From positions 512,001-576,000 of the forward strand of contig CAVVEU010000040.1 of NCBI GenBank assembly GCA_963747235.1: a stretch of 64,000 nucleotides of DNA, written 5' to 3'. How positions within the stretch are numbered: the first letter of the stretch is position 1; each line of letters starts with the position of its first letter. The translations under genes were made by a program, and so were the position numbers. The DNA comes from an uncultured Candidatus Rokubacteria bacterium (GTDB taxonomy: Bacteria; Methylomirabilota; Methylomirabilia; Rokubacteriales; CSP1-6). Under the pieces are notes generated by a model, which did no database searches, was not told the DNA's origin, and saw nothing but the letters and a program-made list of their open reading frames with translations. Positions 21,959 through 33,724 of this stretch are shown here, one piece after another.

Positions 21959-23595
21959 CGCAGCGCCGCGTCCACGATCTCCTGCGCCTCGCGCACGATC
22001 GCGTCGAGGTGCGCGACGTCCCGGAAGCTCTCCGCGTAGATCTTGTAGATGTTCTCCGTCCCGGAGGGTCGCGCCGCGAACCAGCCGCTCGCGGCCACGA
22101 CCTTGAGGCCGCCGATCGGCGCGTCGTTGCCGGGCGCCCGGGTGAGCGTGGCGGTGATGGGCTCGCCCGCGAGCTGCGACGCCTTCACCGCGGCCGGCGA
22201 GAGCTTCCCGAGCCGCGCCTTCTGCTCGGGCGTCGCGGCGGCGTCGATGCGCGTGTAGCGGGGCGTGCCGAGCTCGGCGGCCAGCGCGTCGTAGTGCTCG
22301 CCGGGGTCCCGGCCGGTGCGCGCGGTGATCTCGGCGGCGAGCAGGTCCATGATCAGGCCGTCCTTGTCGGTCGCCCACGCGGTGCCGTCGCGCCGGAGGA
22401 AGCTGGCGCCGGCGCTCTCCTCGCCGCCGAAGCCGAGCGAGCCGTCGAGCAGGCCGGGCACGAACCACTTGAACCCCACCGGCACCTCGTACAGGCGCCG
22501 GCCCAGCTTCCGGGCCACCCGGTCGATCAGCCCGCTGCTGACCAGCGTCTTGCCGACCGCGGCGCCCGCGGGCCACGCGGGCCGGCTCGCGAACAGGTAG
22601 GCGATGGCGACGGCCAGGTAGTGGTTCGGGTTCATCAGGCCCGCGCCGGGCGTGACGATGCCGTGGCGGTCCGAATCCGGATCGTTCGCGAAGGCGACGC
22701 GATAGCGATCCTTGAGGCCGACGAGCCGGGCCATCGCGTAAGGGCTCGAGCAGTCCATGCGGATCTTGCCGTCGTGATCCACCGTCATGAACGAGAAGGT
22801 GGGATCGATCGTCGGGTTCACGATCGCCACGTCGAGCCCGTAGGCCGCGTTGATCGGCTCCCAGTAGGGCCGCGACGCGCCGCCGAGCGGATCCACCGCG
22901 AGCCGGAGCCCCGCCCCGCGAATGACGTCCATGTCCACCACGTTCCGCAGATCGTTCACGTAGGGCAGGACGAGGTCTTCCTGGTGCGTGGTCGCGACGC
23001 GGCATGCGCGCTCGTACGGCACACGCGCGACGCCCGCGTTGCCCGCCCGCAGCAGCGCGTTGGCGCGGTCCTGGACCCAGCCGGTCACGTCGGTGTCGGC
23101 GGGGCCGCCGTCGGGCGGGTTGTACTTGAAGCCGCCGTCCTCCGGCGGGTTGTGCGAGGGCGTCACCACGATGCCGTCCGCCAGGTGCGCGGCGCGGCCG
23201 CGGTTGTAGACCAGGATCGCGTGCGAGATGACCGGCGTCGGCGTCACGCCGTCCTCGCGCTGGATGATCGTCTCCACCCCGTTCGCGGCCAGCACCTCGA
23301 GCGCGGTGCGCTCGGCCGGCCCGGACACCGCGTGGGTGTCCTTGCCCATGTACAGCGGCCCGTCGATGCCGCGGCCGCGGCGGTAGTCGCAGATCGCCTG
23401 GGTGGTCGCCAGGATGTGCGCCTCGGTGAAGGACCCGCGCAGCGGGGAGCCGCGGTGCCCGCTCGTGCCGAACGCGACGAGCTGGTCCGGGTCGTCGGGG
23501 TCGGGCCGGCGCGCGTAGTACTCGCGCTCGAGGGCGCCGACGTCCACCAGCATCTCGCGCGGGGCCGGCTTCCCCGCGAGGGGAGAAACCGTCAC
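21955..23595 (-). CDS. pgm: Phosphoglucomutase (alpha-D-glucose phosphate-specific)
   Basis: [44 protein letters not shown]; 546 aa. Confidence 0.96.
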   Translation of the reverse strand: MTVSPLAGKPAPREMLVDVGALEREYYARRPDPDDPDQLVAFGTSGHRGSPLRGSFTEAHILATTQAICDYRRGRGIDGPLYMGKDTHAVSGPAERTALEVLAANGVETIIQREDGVTPTPVISHAILVYNRGRAAHLADGIVVTPSHNPPEDGGFKYNPPDGGPADTDVTGWVQDRANALLRAGNAGVARVPYERACRVATTHQEDLVLPYVNDLRNVVDMDVIRGAGLRLAVDPLGGASRPYWEPINAAYGLDVAIVNPTIDPTFSFMTVDHDGKIRMDCSSPYAMARLVGLKDRYRVAFANDPDSDRHGIVTPGAGLMNPNHYLAVAIAYLFASRPAWPAGAAVGKTLVSSGLIDRVARKLGRRLYEVPVGFKWFVPGLLDGSLGFGGEESAGASFLRRDGTAWATDKDGLIMDLLAAEITARTGRDPGEHYDALAAELGTPRYTRIDAAATPEQKARLGKLSPAAVKASQLAGEPITATLTRAPGNDAPIGGLKVVAASGWFAARPSGTENIYKIYAESFRDVAHLDAIVREAQEIVDAALR

Positions 23596-24288
23596 GGGCC
23601 ACCGGCGGCCGGGCGCGGGCCGCTCCAGAGCGCGTCGTCCGAGGCGACCCGCTGGTGCGCGTCACTCTGCTCGAGCGCCCGCATGACCTCGCGGGCCATC
23701 ATCTCGTACCAGTCGGCGACGTCCGTCGGGTAGTCGGCGTGGCTCTCCAGATCCTTGAGGATCGGCCCTTCCACGGTGGGGATATCGTGCTCTCCGTCGA
23801 ACTGCCGCTCATAGGGCCGGCCCTTGGCGGCGGCGGTCTCGGCGTCGATGGTCGCGTCGAGCTTCAGCCACCGGCCGTCGAGATAGGCCTCACCGAGGGA
23901 ATGGCGGGGCAGCGTGCGGTCGCCCCACAGGCGCCGGACTTCCTCGGACATGAACGGCTTGTCCGGACAGTGGAGCTGCTGGAACCCGATGCGCGCGGGG
24001 ATCCCGACCGCGCGGCACAGCGCGACGAACGAGCTGGCCTTGCCCATGCAGAAGGCGTGGCCGGCCTGGAGCACGTCGCTCGCGCGGTTGCCGGCCCTGG
24101 GCCAGGTAGCGAAACGAGGCGAGGATGTCGTAGGGCATGTCGCGCACGAAGTAGTAGATGCGCTCGAGCTTCTCGCGCTCGCTCGCGCAGCCCTCGGTCA
24201 GGCGCCGCGCCCGGGCGATCACGTCCGCGTGATCCGAATCGATGAACCGGGTGGGCTCGAGATAGCGCCGCCGCTCGTCGGCCTCCAT
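23592..24288 (-). CDS. Transglutaminase-like family protein (frameshift near 24095)
   Basis: [36 protein letters not shown]...WLKLDAT. Confidence 0.85.
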
Positions 24289-24312
24289 GCTGTCGTCCTT
24301 TCTCGCTGACAC

Positions 24313-25341
24313 CTAGGGAACCGCGAACTCCTGGCGCAGCGCCGGGAGCACCCGGCGCCCGACCAGCTCCAGCGCGGGGCTCGAGGCCACGTCCGGAATC
24401 GTGAACAGGAAGTGCCGCACCCCCGCCCGGACGTACTGCCGGATCCGCGCGACGCACGCCTCCGGGCGTGCCGGCCACGTGCCCCTCGCCCGGGATCCCC
24501 GCGAAGCGCTCCCGCGTCGCGGCGGCCCGCCCCGCCTCGGTGTCGGCGATCAGCAGCGCGGTGACCGAGCGCGCGAGCGCGGCCGGATCGCGGCCGGCCT
24601 CGCGGCACGCCGCGTCGAGATAGGCGGCGCGCCCCGCGATCCGGTCCGGGCCCCACCAGCGCACGTTGACCCCGTCCGCCGCGCGCGCGGCCAGCCGGTG
24701 CACGCGGTCGCCCTCGCCGCCGATCCAGATCGGCGGATGCGGCCGCTGGCGCGGGGGCGGATCGCACAGCGCCCCGTCGATGGCGTAGTGCCGGCCCTCG
24801 GAAGCGCGGGTGCGCCTCCGTCCACATGCGCCGGATGATCTCGACGCCCTCCGCGAGCTGGTCGATCCGCTCGCCGATGCGCGGGAACGGGATGCCGTAG
24901 GCGCGGTACTCCTGCTCGAACCACCCGGCGCCCAGCCCCAGGTCGAGCCGCCCCTCGCTGATCACGTCGAGGGTCGCCGCCATCTTGGCCAGCACCGCGG
25001 GCGACCGGTAGGAATGGCACAGCACGCTGGTGCCGAGGCGGAGCCGGGTGGTGTCGCGGGCGAGCGCGGACAGCGCGGTCCAGCATTCGAGCAGCGGCAT
25101 CGAGCGCGTCTCCGGGCCACGCGCGCCGCCGCCCGCGCGCCCCGCGATGCCCGCGTCCTCGACGTAGGCGTCGGGCGCCAGGGTGAGGAAGTGATCGCAG
25201 AGCCAGATCGAGTCGAAGCCGAGCTCCTCGGCGAGGCCGGCCACTCGACGCATGTCTTCGTAGGACGTCACCGCGAGGCCGCGGATCGTGAGGGCGAGGA
25301 TGAGGCCGAAGTGCAGGTCCCTGGGCAAGGCCGATCTCCAC
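24313..25341 (-). CDS. LLM class (possibly F420-dependent) oxidoreductase, frameshifted
   Basis: AEELGFDSIWLCDHF, YRSPAVLAKMAATLDVISEGRLDLGLGAGW, PPIWIGG. Confidence 0.85.
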
Positions 25342-25453
25342 GCGGAGCCTATCACAGCGCCGCGGGGGCCGGGAGTGGACGCCGCCGCGGCGCGCGTGTT
25401 ATAAGGCTGTCGCGTCAGCCTCACATCTCGCGCCTCAGAGCGGAGGAATCACC

Positions 25454-26713
25454 ATGAAGCCCACCACGCGGCGAACGATGCTCAAGACCCTCGCGGGAGC
25501 CGGCGCGGTCAGCGCGGTCTCCGGCTTCCCCTTCGTCAACCGGCTCGCCCTGGGCCAGCAGGCGCTCAAGCTCGGCGTGGTGGTGCCCATGACCGGGCCG
25601 ATGGCGCTCGAGGCCCAGGAGATGCTGACCGCCACCCAGATCGCGGTCGAGGACATCAACGCGGCGGGCGGCGTGATGGGCCGGAAGGTCGAGACGGTCA
25701 TCCGCGACTCCGAGTTCAAGCCCGAGGTGGCGAAGCGCAAGGCCACCGAGCTGATCGAGGTGGAGAAGGCGGCGTTCCTGGTCGGCGCCATCGTGGGCTT
25801 CGAGGGGATCGCGATGGCGGAGGTCGGCTGCAAGAACGACGTGATCGTGGCCTTCTTCGGCCAGAACTTCCTGACCATCAAGGGCAAGATGTGCAAGTAC
25901 CAGTTCGGCAACAACCTCACGCCCTACCAGACCGCGGCCGCCGCCGCCCACTTCGTGGATGCGCAGAAGATGGGCAAGAAGTGGCACATGCTCGCCAACA
26001 ACTACTCGTGGCCGCAGATGTTCGAGCGCGCCTACTCGCTGGTGGCCAAGCAGGTCGGCGCCGAGTGGACCGGCGTGACGTGGGCCCCGCTGGGCACGCG
26101 CGACTTCCTCCCCTTCCTGCCCAAGGTGGCCGCGGCCAAGGCCGACGTCGTCTTCATCACCACGTGGGCCGCCGACCAGGTGGCGTGCGCGAAGCAGGTG
26201 CAGGAGTTCGGCCTCGCCAAGCAGTCGCGGGTCATCCACTCCATCACCGAGCTCACCTTCGCGGAGGCCGCGGGCGCGGGCGTCTACGAGAACTTCTACT
26301 CGGGGATGCCGTGGTACTGGCACCTGAAAGACAAGTTCCCGGCCGCCAAGCGCTACTACGACCGGCACGTGGCGCTCCGCAAGCGCGCCCCCTCCGGGTA
26401 CACCGCGTCCACCTACTCCACGGTGCGCCTGCTGCTCGAGACCGCGAACGAGGTCAAGTCGCTCGAGACCGACAAGGTGACCCGCGCCCTCGAGGGCCGG
26501 AAGTTCCAGCACCTCAAGGGCCCCGAGCAGATCCGGGCCTGCGACCACGTGAACCAGCAAGAGGTCTACCTCTGCAAGGGCAAGCCCGCCTCTGCGATGA
26601 AGGACGCGTGGGACTTCTTCGACATCGTGCAGAGCGTGAGCGGCGAGACGATCTCCGAGTCGTGCGAGGGCGAAGGCTTCGATTCGAAGAAGCCCCTGAG
26701 CCAGCAGATCTGA
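25454..26713 (+). CDS. Liv-type ABC transporter substrate-binding protein (Tat signal)
   Basis: TRRTMLK Tat motif, INAAGGVMGRKVE. Confidence 0.9.
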   Translation: MKPTTRRTMLKTLAGAGAVSAVSGFPFVNRLALGQQALKLGVVVPMTGPMALEAQEMLTATQIAVEDINAAGGVMGRKVETVIRDSEFKPEVAKRKATELIEVEKAAFLVGAIVGFEGIAMAEVGCKNDVIVAFFGQNFLTIKGKMCKYQFGNNLTPYQTAAAAAHFVDAQKMGKKWHMLANNYSWPQMFERAYSLVAKQVGAEWTGVTWAPLGTRDFLPFLPKVAAAKADVVFITTWAADQVACAKQVQEFGLAKQSRVIHSITELTFAEAAGAGVYENFYSGMPWYWHLKDKFPAAKRYYDRHVALRKRAPSGYTASTYSTVRLLLETANEVKSLETDKVTRALEGRKFQHLKGPEQIRACDHVNQQEVYLCKGKPASAMKDAWDFFDIVQSVSGETISESCEGEGFDSKKPLSQQI

Positions 26714-27612
26714 CGCTCTTCGGCTTTCCGCTCGACGTCTGGTACGCGCAGCTCTTCATCGGCCTGGTGAACGGCTGCATCCTGATCCTGGTCGCGCTGG
26801 GCCTGTCCATCGTGTTCGGGCTCATGGGCATCATCAACTTCGCCCATGGGATCTTCTACATGCTGGGGGCCTACGCGGGCTGGCTCACCATCCAGCTCAC
26901 CGGGAGCTTCTGGCTCGCCCTGCTCACCGCGCCGCTGGCGGTCGGCCTCGTCGGCGTCCTCGTCGAGCGCGGCGTGCTCAAGCGCATCTACGGGACCAAG
27001 AACGCGAACTTCGCGGGCGTGCTGGTGACCTACGGCCTCGCGATCATGATTCCGGACCTGGTGCGGATGACCTTCGGCCGCCCCGGCAAGCCGTTCGCGA
27101 TCCCGGAGGCGCTCTCCGGCTCGCTCTTCCGGATCGGCGCCCTCGACGTCCACAGCTACCGCGTCTTCATCCTGGTCGTCACCGCGGCGCTGCTGCCGCT
27201 GCTCTGGCTCCTGCTGAACAAGACCAACCTCGGCCTCGTGATCCGGGCCGGCACCAGCGACAACCTCATGGTGCAGCTCCTCGGCATCAACGTGGCCCGC
27301 ACGTGGACGACCACCTACGCCCTCGGCGCGGCGCTCGCCGCCTTCGCGGGCGTGATCACCGCCCCGCTGGTGGCGGTGGCTCCGGAGATGGGCGGGCTCG
27401 TGCTCATCGAGTGCTTCATCGTCACGGTGGTCGGCGGCATGGGGACCTTTCTGGGGGTGGTCGCGGGCGGGCTCCTCATCGGCGAGACCCTGGCCCTGAC
27501 CGGCATGGTCTACGACGTGCTGGCCGACGTGGTCATCTACCTCGCGATGGCGCTCGTGCTGCTCGTGCGGCCGCGGGGATTGTTCGGCCAGGAGGGGATG
27601 TCCGAGGAGTGA
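26710..27612 (+). CDS. LivH-like ABC permease
   Basis: GLSIVFGLMGIINFAHG, GLVIRA, VVGGMG; start codon uncertain. Confidence 0.9.
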   Translation: MTLFGFPLDVWYAQLFIGLVNGCILILVALGLSIVFGLMGIINFAHGIFYMLGAYAGWLTIQLTGSFWLALLTAPLAVGLVGVLVERGVLKRIYGTKNANFAGVLVTYGLAIMIPDLVRMTFGRPGKPFAIPEALSGSLFRIGALDVHSYRVFILVVTAALLPLLWLLLNKTNLGLVIRAGTSDNLMVQLLGINVARTWTTTYALGAALAAFAGVITAPLVAVAPEMGGLVLIECFIVTVVGGMGTFLGVVAGGLLIGETLALTGMVYDVLADVVIYLAMALVLLVRPRGLFGQEGMSEE

Positions 27613-29367
27613 GAGGCCTGGTTCTGGCCGCGCTGGTGCTCGTCACCGCGCCGCTCTACGCCGACTACACGCCGTTCTACCTGGGCCTGCTCACCGAGGT
27701 CCTGGTCTTCGGCCTCTTCGCCCTGGCCTACGACGTGCTGCTCGGCCACGCGGGCGTGCTCTCGCTCGGGCCACTCCGCGTTCCTCGGCGTGGCCGCCTA
27801 CGTCACCGGCATCCTCCTGGCCCGCTACCATCTCCCGCTCGAGCTGAGCCTCCTGGCCGGGGCGGTCGGGGGCCTCCTCACCTCGCTGATCCTCGGCGTC
27901 CTGGTCCTGCGCAAGCGCGGCGTGTATCTGGCCATGCTCACCCTGGCGCTCTCGCAGGTCTTCTACTACGTCGTGCTCATGTGGACGCCGGTGACCGGCG
28001 GCACCGACGGCCTCGGCAACCTGCCCATCCTCTACCTGAGCGATCCTCTCGGCTGGCGACTCTCCAAGCGGCCGATCACGCGCTACTACGTGATCGCCGC
28101 GTGCATCTTCCTCGCGATGCTCGCCATCCGCCACCTGCTCCGCTCGCCGCTCGGGCGCGTGATGCGCGCGGTGAAGGCCAACGAGACGCGCGCGTCCGCG
28201 TGCGGCTACGATACCCGCCGCGTCCGGCTCGCCGCCTTCGCGATCTCGGGCTTCTTCTCGGGGCTGGCCGGCGCGCTGCTCACCATCGTCCTCGAGTTCG
28301 TGCCGATCGAGAACATCCACTGGACCATGTCGGGCTCGGTGCTGATCATGACGCTCTTCGGCGGCACCGGCACCCTGCTGGGCCCCTTCGTCGGCGCCGG
28401 CGTCTTCATCTGGATGCGCGATTTCCTGAGCAAGTACCTCGAGTACTGGGAGGTCTTCGTCGGGGGCGCCTTCGTGCTGATCGTCCTCTTCCTCCCCGAC
28501 GGCATCGTGGGCAGCCTGACCCGGCTCATCGCGGGACGCCGGGCGCCGGCGCCGGTCGCCGCGGCCGAGGGCGACCAGGTCCTGGAGCCCGAGCGGCTGG
28601 TCGGCGCGCGCCGCCGGCCGAGGCCGGAGGACGGGCGGCTGCTCGAGAGCCAGGGCCTCACCAAGACCTTCGGGGGCCTCACCGCGGTCAACCGGGTGGA
28701 CTTCCAGGTGCAGGCGGGCGAGCTGCGCTCGGTCATCGGCCCGAACGGCGCGGGCAAGACCACCTTCTTCCATCTCCTCACCGGCGTGCTGCCGCCGTCG
28801 AGCGGCCGCATCCTGTTCAGGGGCCGGGACATCACCGGGCTGCCCGCGCACGCGGTCTCGCGCCTGGGCATCGCGCGCTCCTACCAGGTGACCAACATCT
28901 TCGGCGACCTCACCGTCTTCGAGAACGTCCGCATCGCGGCCCAGTCGCGGGTCACCCACTACCGCTTCTGGGGCAACGCGGACGGGCTCACCGCGGTGAA
29001 CGAGCGCGCCGACGAGATCCTCCGCCACCTGGGCCTGGCCCCCAAGCGCCTCGCGCGGGCCAGCGAGCTCTCGCACGGCGAGCAGCGGTACCTCGAGATC
29101 GGCATCGCGCTCGCCACCGACCCCGACTTCCTCCTGCTCGACGAGCCGACCGCGGGCATGAGCCCGGACGAGACCCAGCGCACCGCCGCCTTCGTGCGCC
29201 GGCTGGCCGGCCACGTCACGATCGTGGTGGTGGAGCACGACATGGAGGTGGTGATGGGGATCTCCGACCGCATCACCGTGCTCAACTACGGCGAGATCCT
29301 CGCCGAGGGCAGCCCGGCCGAGATCCGCGAGAACGCCGACGTGCGGCGCGTCTACCTCAGGGACTGA
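27609..29367 (+). CDS. Fused LivM-LivG (permease plus ATPase), frameshift near 27770
   Basis: GVYLAMLTLA, TGGTDG, SPLGRVMRAV, then IGPNGAGKTT, LSHGEQR, LLLDEPTAG in a single frame. Confidence 0.9.
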
Positions 29368-29388
29368 GCCGGGGGGACCGAGCGGGCC

Positions 29389-30093
29389 ATGCTGCGGGTC
29401 GAGAGCGTCGATGCCTACTACGGCCTGAGCCACGTGCTGCAGGGCGTGTCGCTCACCGTGGAAGCGGGCGAGGCGGTGGCGCTGCTCGGGCGCAACGGGG
29501 CGGGCAAGACCACCACGCTCAAGACGATCATGGCGGTGCTGCGCGCGCGCCGGGGCCGGATCACGTGGAACGGCGAGGACATCACGGCCCTGGCTCCCTA
29601 CCGCATCGTGCAGGCGGGCATCGGGTACGTCCCCGAGGAGCGGCGGATCTTCCCCAACCTCAGCGTGTACGAGAACCTCAAGATGGCCCGCCTCACCACC
29701 GACGGCGGCCGGCACATGGAGGAGTACGTCGCGCGCGTGCTCGAGCTCTTCCCGCCCCTCGCCGATCGCCTGTCCAGCAAGGGCAAGACGCTCAGCGGCG
29801 GCGAGCAGCAGATGCTGACCATGGCGCGGAGCCTCGGCACCAATCCCAAGCTCCTGCTCATCGACGAGCCCACCGAGGGGCTCATGCCCGCCTTCGTCGA
29901 GACGATCGGCCGCACGATCACCGAGATCCAGCGCCAGGGCGTCGCGGTGCTCCTGGTGGAGCAGAACACGCGGCTCGCGCTCGAAGCGACCCAGCGTGTC
30001 TACGTGATCGAGAAGGGCATGATCAAGCACGAGGCGCGCTCGAGCGACCTCGCGGGCGACGCGGAAGCCCGCCGCCGCTACCTCGGAGTGTGA
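29389..30093 (+). CDS. LivF-like ABC ATP-binding protein
   Basis: GRNGAGKTT, LSGGEQQML, DEPTEGL, VEQN. Confidence 0.93.
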   Translation: MLRVESVDAYYGLSHVLQGVSLTVEAGEAVALLGRNGAGKTTTLKTIMAVLRARRGRITWNGEDITALAPYRIVQAGIGYVPEERRIFPNLSVYENLKMARLTTDGGRHMEEYVARVLELFPPLADRLSSKGKTLSGGEQQMLTMARSLGTNPKLLLIDEPTEGLMPAFVETIGRTITEIQRQGVAVLLVEQNTRLALEATQRVYVIEKGMIKHEARSSDLAGDAEARRRYLGV

Positions 30094-30099
30094 TCCTCC

Positions 30100-30165
30100 C
30101 CCTCTCCCCTTGGGGGAGAGGGCAGGGTGAGGGGCCCGGGGGTGAGGGGCCCGGGGGTGAGGGGC
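30100..30165. repeat. REP-like hairpin (left copy) plus 15-bp tandem repeat
   Basis: CCCTCTCCCC-TTG-GGGGAGAGGG-CAGGGTGAGGGG; unit GGGTGAGGGGCCCGG repeated about 2.7 times from 30125. Confidence 0.8.
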
Positions 30166-30174
30166 TGCGAGGGG

Positions 30175-30753
30175 CTACGGCAGCAGATCCGCCACCGAGA
30201 TGCGCGCCCCCGGCGCCACGAGCGGCGCGGCCGACGACCCGGAGGACAGCACCTCGGTCCACGCGTAGCGCCACCCAAAGCGCGCGGTAGGATCCTCACG
30301 CGGCTCGCGGTAGACCTCGAGCACCCGGTCCACGAGGTTCAGGATCCAGTAGTCGGCGACGCCGGCCTGGGCATAGAGACTCCCCTTGTGCTCGCGGTCG
30401 AGCGCGAGGCTCGACTCGGCGACCTCGACGACGAGCGCGGGGCGCGAGGGATGCTCGTCGCGGTAGTCGCGTCGGGTGCCGCGCGTCACCGCGACGTCGG
30501 GCTCCGGCTCGGAGTCGTCGGTGAGCGCGAGCGGCCCCTGGGATCGGACCAGCCATCCCCGCCCGAGCGCGGCCCGGAGCGCGTCGTCCACGAGACCGAT
30601 CGCCGTGTAGTGCGCGCTCCCCTGGGGCTCGCTCACCATCAGCTCCCCGCCGAGCAGCTCGACCGGCTCGCCCGGCTGGAAGATGCCGGCCTCGATCAGG
30701 CGCGCGTACTCGGCGCGTGTCCAGCGGCGGAGACGGGCGGGATGGGTCTCCAT
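30175..30753 (-). CDS. Uma2 (DUF820) family PD-(D/E)XK endonuclease
   Basis: VELLGGEL..P...H, SEPEPDVAV, LVVEVAESS..DRE.K..LYAQAGVADYWILNL. Confidence 0.93.
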   Translation of the reverse strand: METHPARLRRWTRAEYARLIEAGIFQPGEPVELLGGELMVSEPQGSAHYTAIGLVDDALRAALGRGWLVRSQGPLALTDDSEPEPDVAVTRGTRRDYRDEHPSRPALVVEVAESSLALDREHKGSLYAQAGVADYWILNLVDRVLEVYREPREDPTARFGWRYAWTEVLSSGSSAAPLVAPGARISVADLLP

Positions 30754-30812
30754 GCGCGAAGGCTAGCGCGCCGGAGAAGCGGGCGTCAATGTCGGGAGGG
30801 AGATACCCCCTC

Positions 30813-30847
30813 CCCCTCACCCTGCCCTCTCCCCAGAGGAGAGAGGG
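30813..30847. repeat. REP-like hairpin (right copy, inverted relative to the left)
   Basis: 30813-30834 CCCCTCACCCTGCCCTCTCCCC is the exact reverse complement of 30113-30134. Confidence 0.8.
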
Positions 30848-30867
30848 GGAGAAGGAGGAGAGGCGCT

Positions 30868-33724
30868 CTACAGCTTGCCGAGGGCGCGGAGGATGACCTC
30901 GGGAGTCATGGGGACGCGGCTGACGCGCGCCTTGAACGGGCTGAGCGCGTCGTTGACCGCGTTGAGGATCGCGCCGGGCGCGCCCGCGACGCCGCCCTCG
31001 CCCGCGCCCTTGAAGCCGCCCTCGGAGTAGGCGGTCGGCGTCTCGACGTGCGCGACCCCGATGTCGGGGAGCTCCACCGCCATCGGAACCAGGTAGTCCA
31101 TCATGGTGGTGGTCAGGAGCTGGCCCTGCTCGTCGTAGACGCAGTGCTCGAAGAGCGCGTCGCCGATGCCGTGGGCGACGCCGCCCGCGCACCTGCTCGT
31201 CCACCAGCATCGGGTTGATGATGCGGCCGCAGTCCTCCGCGACCCAGTGGCCGAGGAGCTTGACGAAGCCGGTCTCCACGTCCACCTCCACGTAGGAGAG
31301 CTGCACGCCGTTGGTGTAGGCGAGCGGCTGATGCCGGGGCACGTAGTGGCGCGTCACGGTCAGCTCGGACTGGAAGTCCTTGGGGAGCTGGTCGGGCCGG
31401 AAATACGCCACCCGCCCGAGCTCGGAGAGCGGCAGGCGCGACTCGCCGGTCCGCGCGTCGACGATGTGGCCGCCGCGGACGTCGAGATCGAGCGCGTCCA
31501 CCTCGAGCACGACCGCCGCGACCTTGAGGATGTTCTCCTTGAGCGCCCGGCCGGTCAGGATCGTGGCCTCGCCGCCGATGCCCGCGCCGCGGCTGCCCCA
31601 GGTGCCGCCGCCGTACGGCGTGACCATGGTGTCGCCGGTGACGACGCGCACGTCCTCGATCGGGACGCCCACCGTCGCCGCCGCCACCTGGGCCAGGATC
31701 GTGTCGGTCCCCTGCCCCTGCTCGGTGACGCTCGAGATGACGGTCAGCTTGCCGGTCGGCTCGAGCCGGATCGTGGTGCCGTCCTGCGACGAGATGCGCG
31801 CCCCGCCGGTGCCGTAGGTCTGGGCGCCCGGCACGGTGAGGTCGATGAAGACGCAGAGGCCGAGCCCGCGGTAGACGCCCTGCGCGCGCAGCCGATCGCG
31901 CTCCGCGCAGAGATCCTGGTAGCCGGCCAGGGTCAGCACCGCGTCGAGCGATTCCTCGTGCGAGAGCTTCTCGAAGAACAGGCCGGTGGGCGCGGTGTAC
32001 GGATACATGTCCGCGGTGAGGAGGTTGCGGCGGCGCACCGCGACCGGATCGAGGCCGAGCTCGCGGGCCACCCGGTCCACCATCGCCTCCATGACGAGCG
32101 CGGCCACCGGGTGGCCGACCGCCCGGTACTGCGACATCGGCGTCTTGTTCTGGAAGACCACGCGGCCACGGGCCTCGTAGTCGCGGAAGCGGTAGGGGCC
32201 CGGCGTCGTGCGCAGCACCTGGCCGCTCTCCACCACGCTCGAGCGCGGATACATCGAGAAGGGGCCCACCGGCGCCAGGTCGTCGAGGCGCATGGCGAGG
32301 ATGGTCCCGTCGCGCTTCACCGCGACCTCGGCGATCACGCGGTGGTCGCGCGAATGGATGTCGGTCTGGAACGACTCCACACGGTCCGCGAGGAACTTGA
32401 CCGCCCGGCCGAGCATCACCGCGAGCGCGCACGTCGCGATCTCGTCGGGATACGTATGGATCTTGAGGCCGAAGGAGCCGCCGACGTCCTTGTTGATCAC
32501 CCGCACGCGGTGCTCGGGAATCCGCAGATGACGGGAGAGGATGTCGTGGAACATGTACGGCGCCTGGCCCGAGTGGTACACGGTCAGGGTCTCGTCGGCC
32601 GCGTCGTAGTCCGCCAGCACCACCCGCGGCTCCAGGCTGACCACCGTGTGCCGGCCGGTGTCGAAGGTCTCCCGGTACACCGCGTCCGCGGTCTTGAAGG
32701 CGGCGTCCACGTCACCGGACTTGATGCGGGTCTCCAGCACCAGGTTGTCGCCCAGCTCCGGATGGATGACCGTCGCCCCGGGCGCGAGCGCGGCCTCCGC
32801 GTCCACCACCGGCGGCAGCGGCTCCCACGTCACGCGCACGCGCGCGCAGCCGTCCTCCGCGAGCGCGCGCGACTCCGCCACCACCGCGACCACCGGCTCG
32901 CCCTGCCACACCGCCTTGTCCATCGCGAGCGGATACTGCGGCGCCGACTTCATGCCCACGTAGTTCTTGAGCACGCCGATCCAGGGCTCGCAGTGGGCGG
33001 CCATCTCGCGGCCCGTCACCACCGCCACCACTCCGGGCAGCGCGGCGGCCTCCGCGGTCTCGATCCGGACGATGCGCGCGTGCGCGTGAGGCGAGCGCAC
33101 GAACGCCGCGTGCAGGAGGCGGGTCACCGCCACGTCGTCGGTGTAGGTGCCGCGCCCCGCGACGAGCCGGGCGGTCTGCGGCCGGACCACCGAGCGCCCG
33201 ATATAGTCGCCGTTCTCCCGAGCCGCGTCCGGCGGACCCGCCGGCGCCGCGGCCGGCGCCTTTGCCGATCGGCTCCGCGCCGCGCCCAGGACCGCCTGCA
33301 CGATCGCGTGGTAGCCGGTGCAACGGCAGTAGTTGCCGCCGATCGCCTCGCGAATCGCGGCCGGATCGGGATCGGGATTGCGCTCGAGCAGCGCCTGCGC
33401 GGTCAGCAGCATGCCCGGCGTGCAGAAGCCGCACTGCAGCGCGTTCTCCGCCCGGAACGCCCGCTGGAGCGCGGCGATCGCGCCGCTGTCGGACACGCCC
33501 TCGATCGTCTCCACCCGGCAGCCGTCGGCCTGGGCCGCGAGCATCAGGCAGCCGCGGATCGGCGTGCCGTCCACCCGCACCGTGCACGCGCCGCACACCC
33601 CGTGCTCGCAGCCGATGTGCGAGCCGGTGAACCCCAGGTCGTAGCGGAGGAAGTCCACCAGGTTCTGGCGGCCTTCGACCTCTCGAGTGATCGGCTTCCC
33701 GTTGACGGTCAGCGTGATCTTCAT
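30868..33724 (-). CDS. Xanthine-dehydrogenase-family molybdoenzyme, fused [2Fe-2S] (CoxS-like) and Mo-binding (CoxL-like) subunits; frameshift near 31190
   Basis: GCEHGVCGAC, QCGFCTPG, CRCTGY, an Ala/Pro linker, then GGSFGLK, QYRAVGHP, GQG, KGAGE. Confidence 0.9.

Noticed and set aside
20779-23733. 984-aa enolase ORF fully overlapping pgm on the opposite strand
   Set aside because: Read-through from a 1-nt insertion near 21942; the true stop is the CTAG shared with pgm at 21955-21958.
27609-29367. LivM-LivG fusion as a novelty
   Set aside because: Permease-ATPase fusions of this type are already common in Liv-like systems.
30125-30165. CRISPR-like array
   Set aside because: The 15-bp units are directly adjacent with no spacers, and no cas genes are present.
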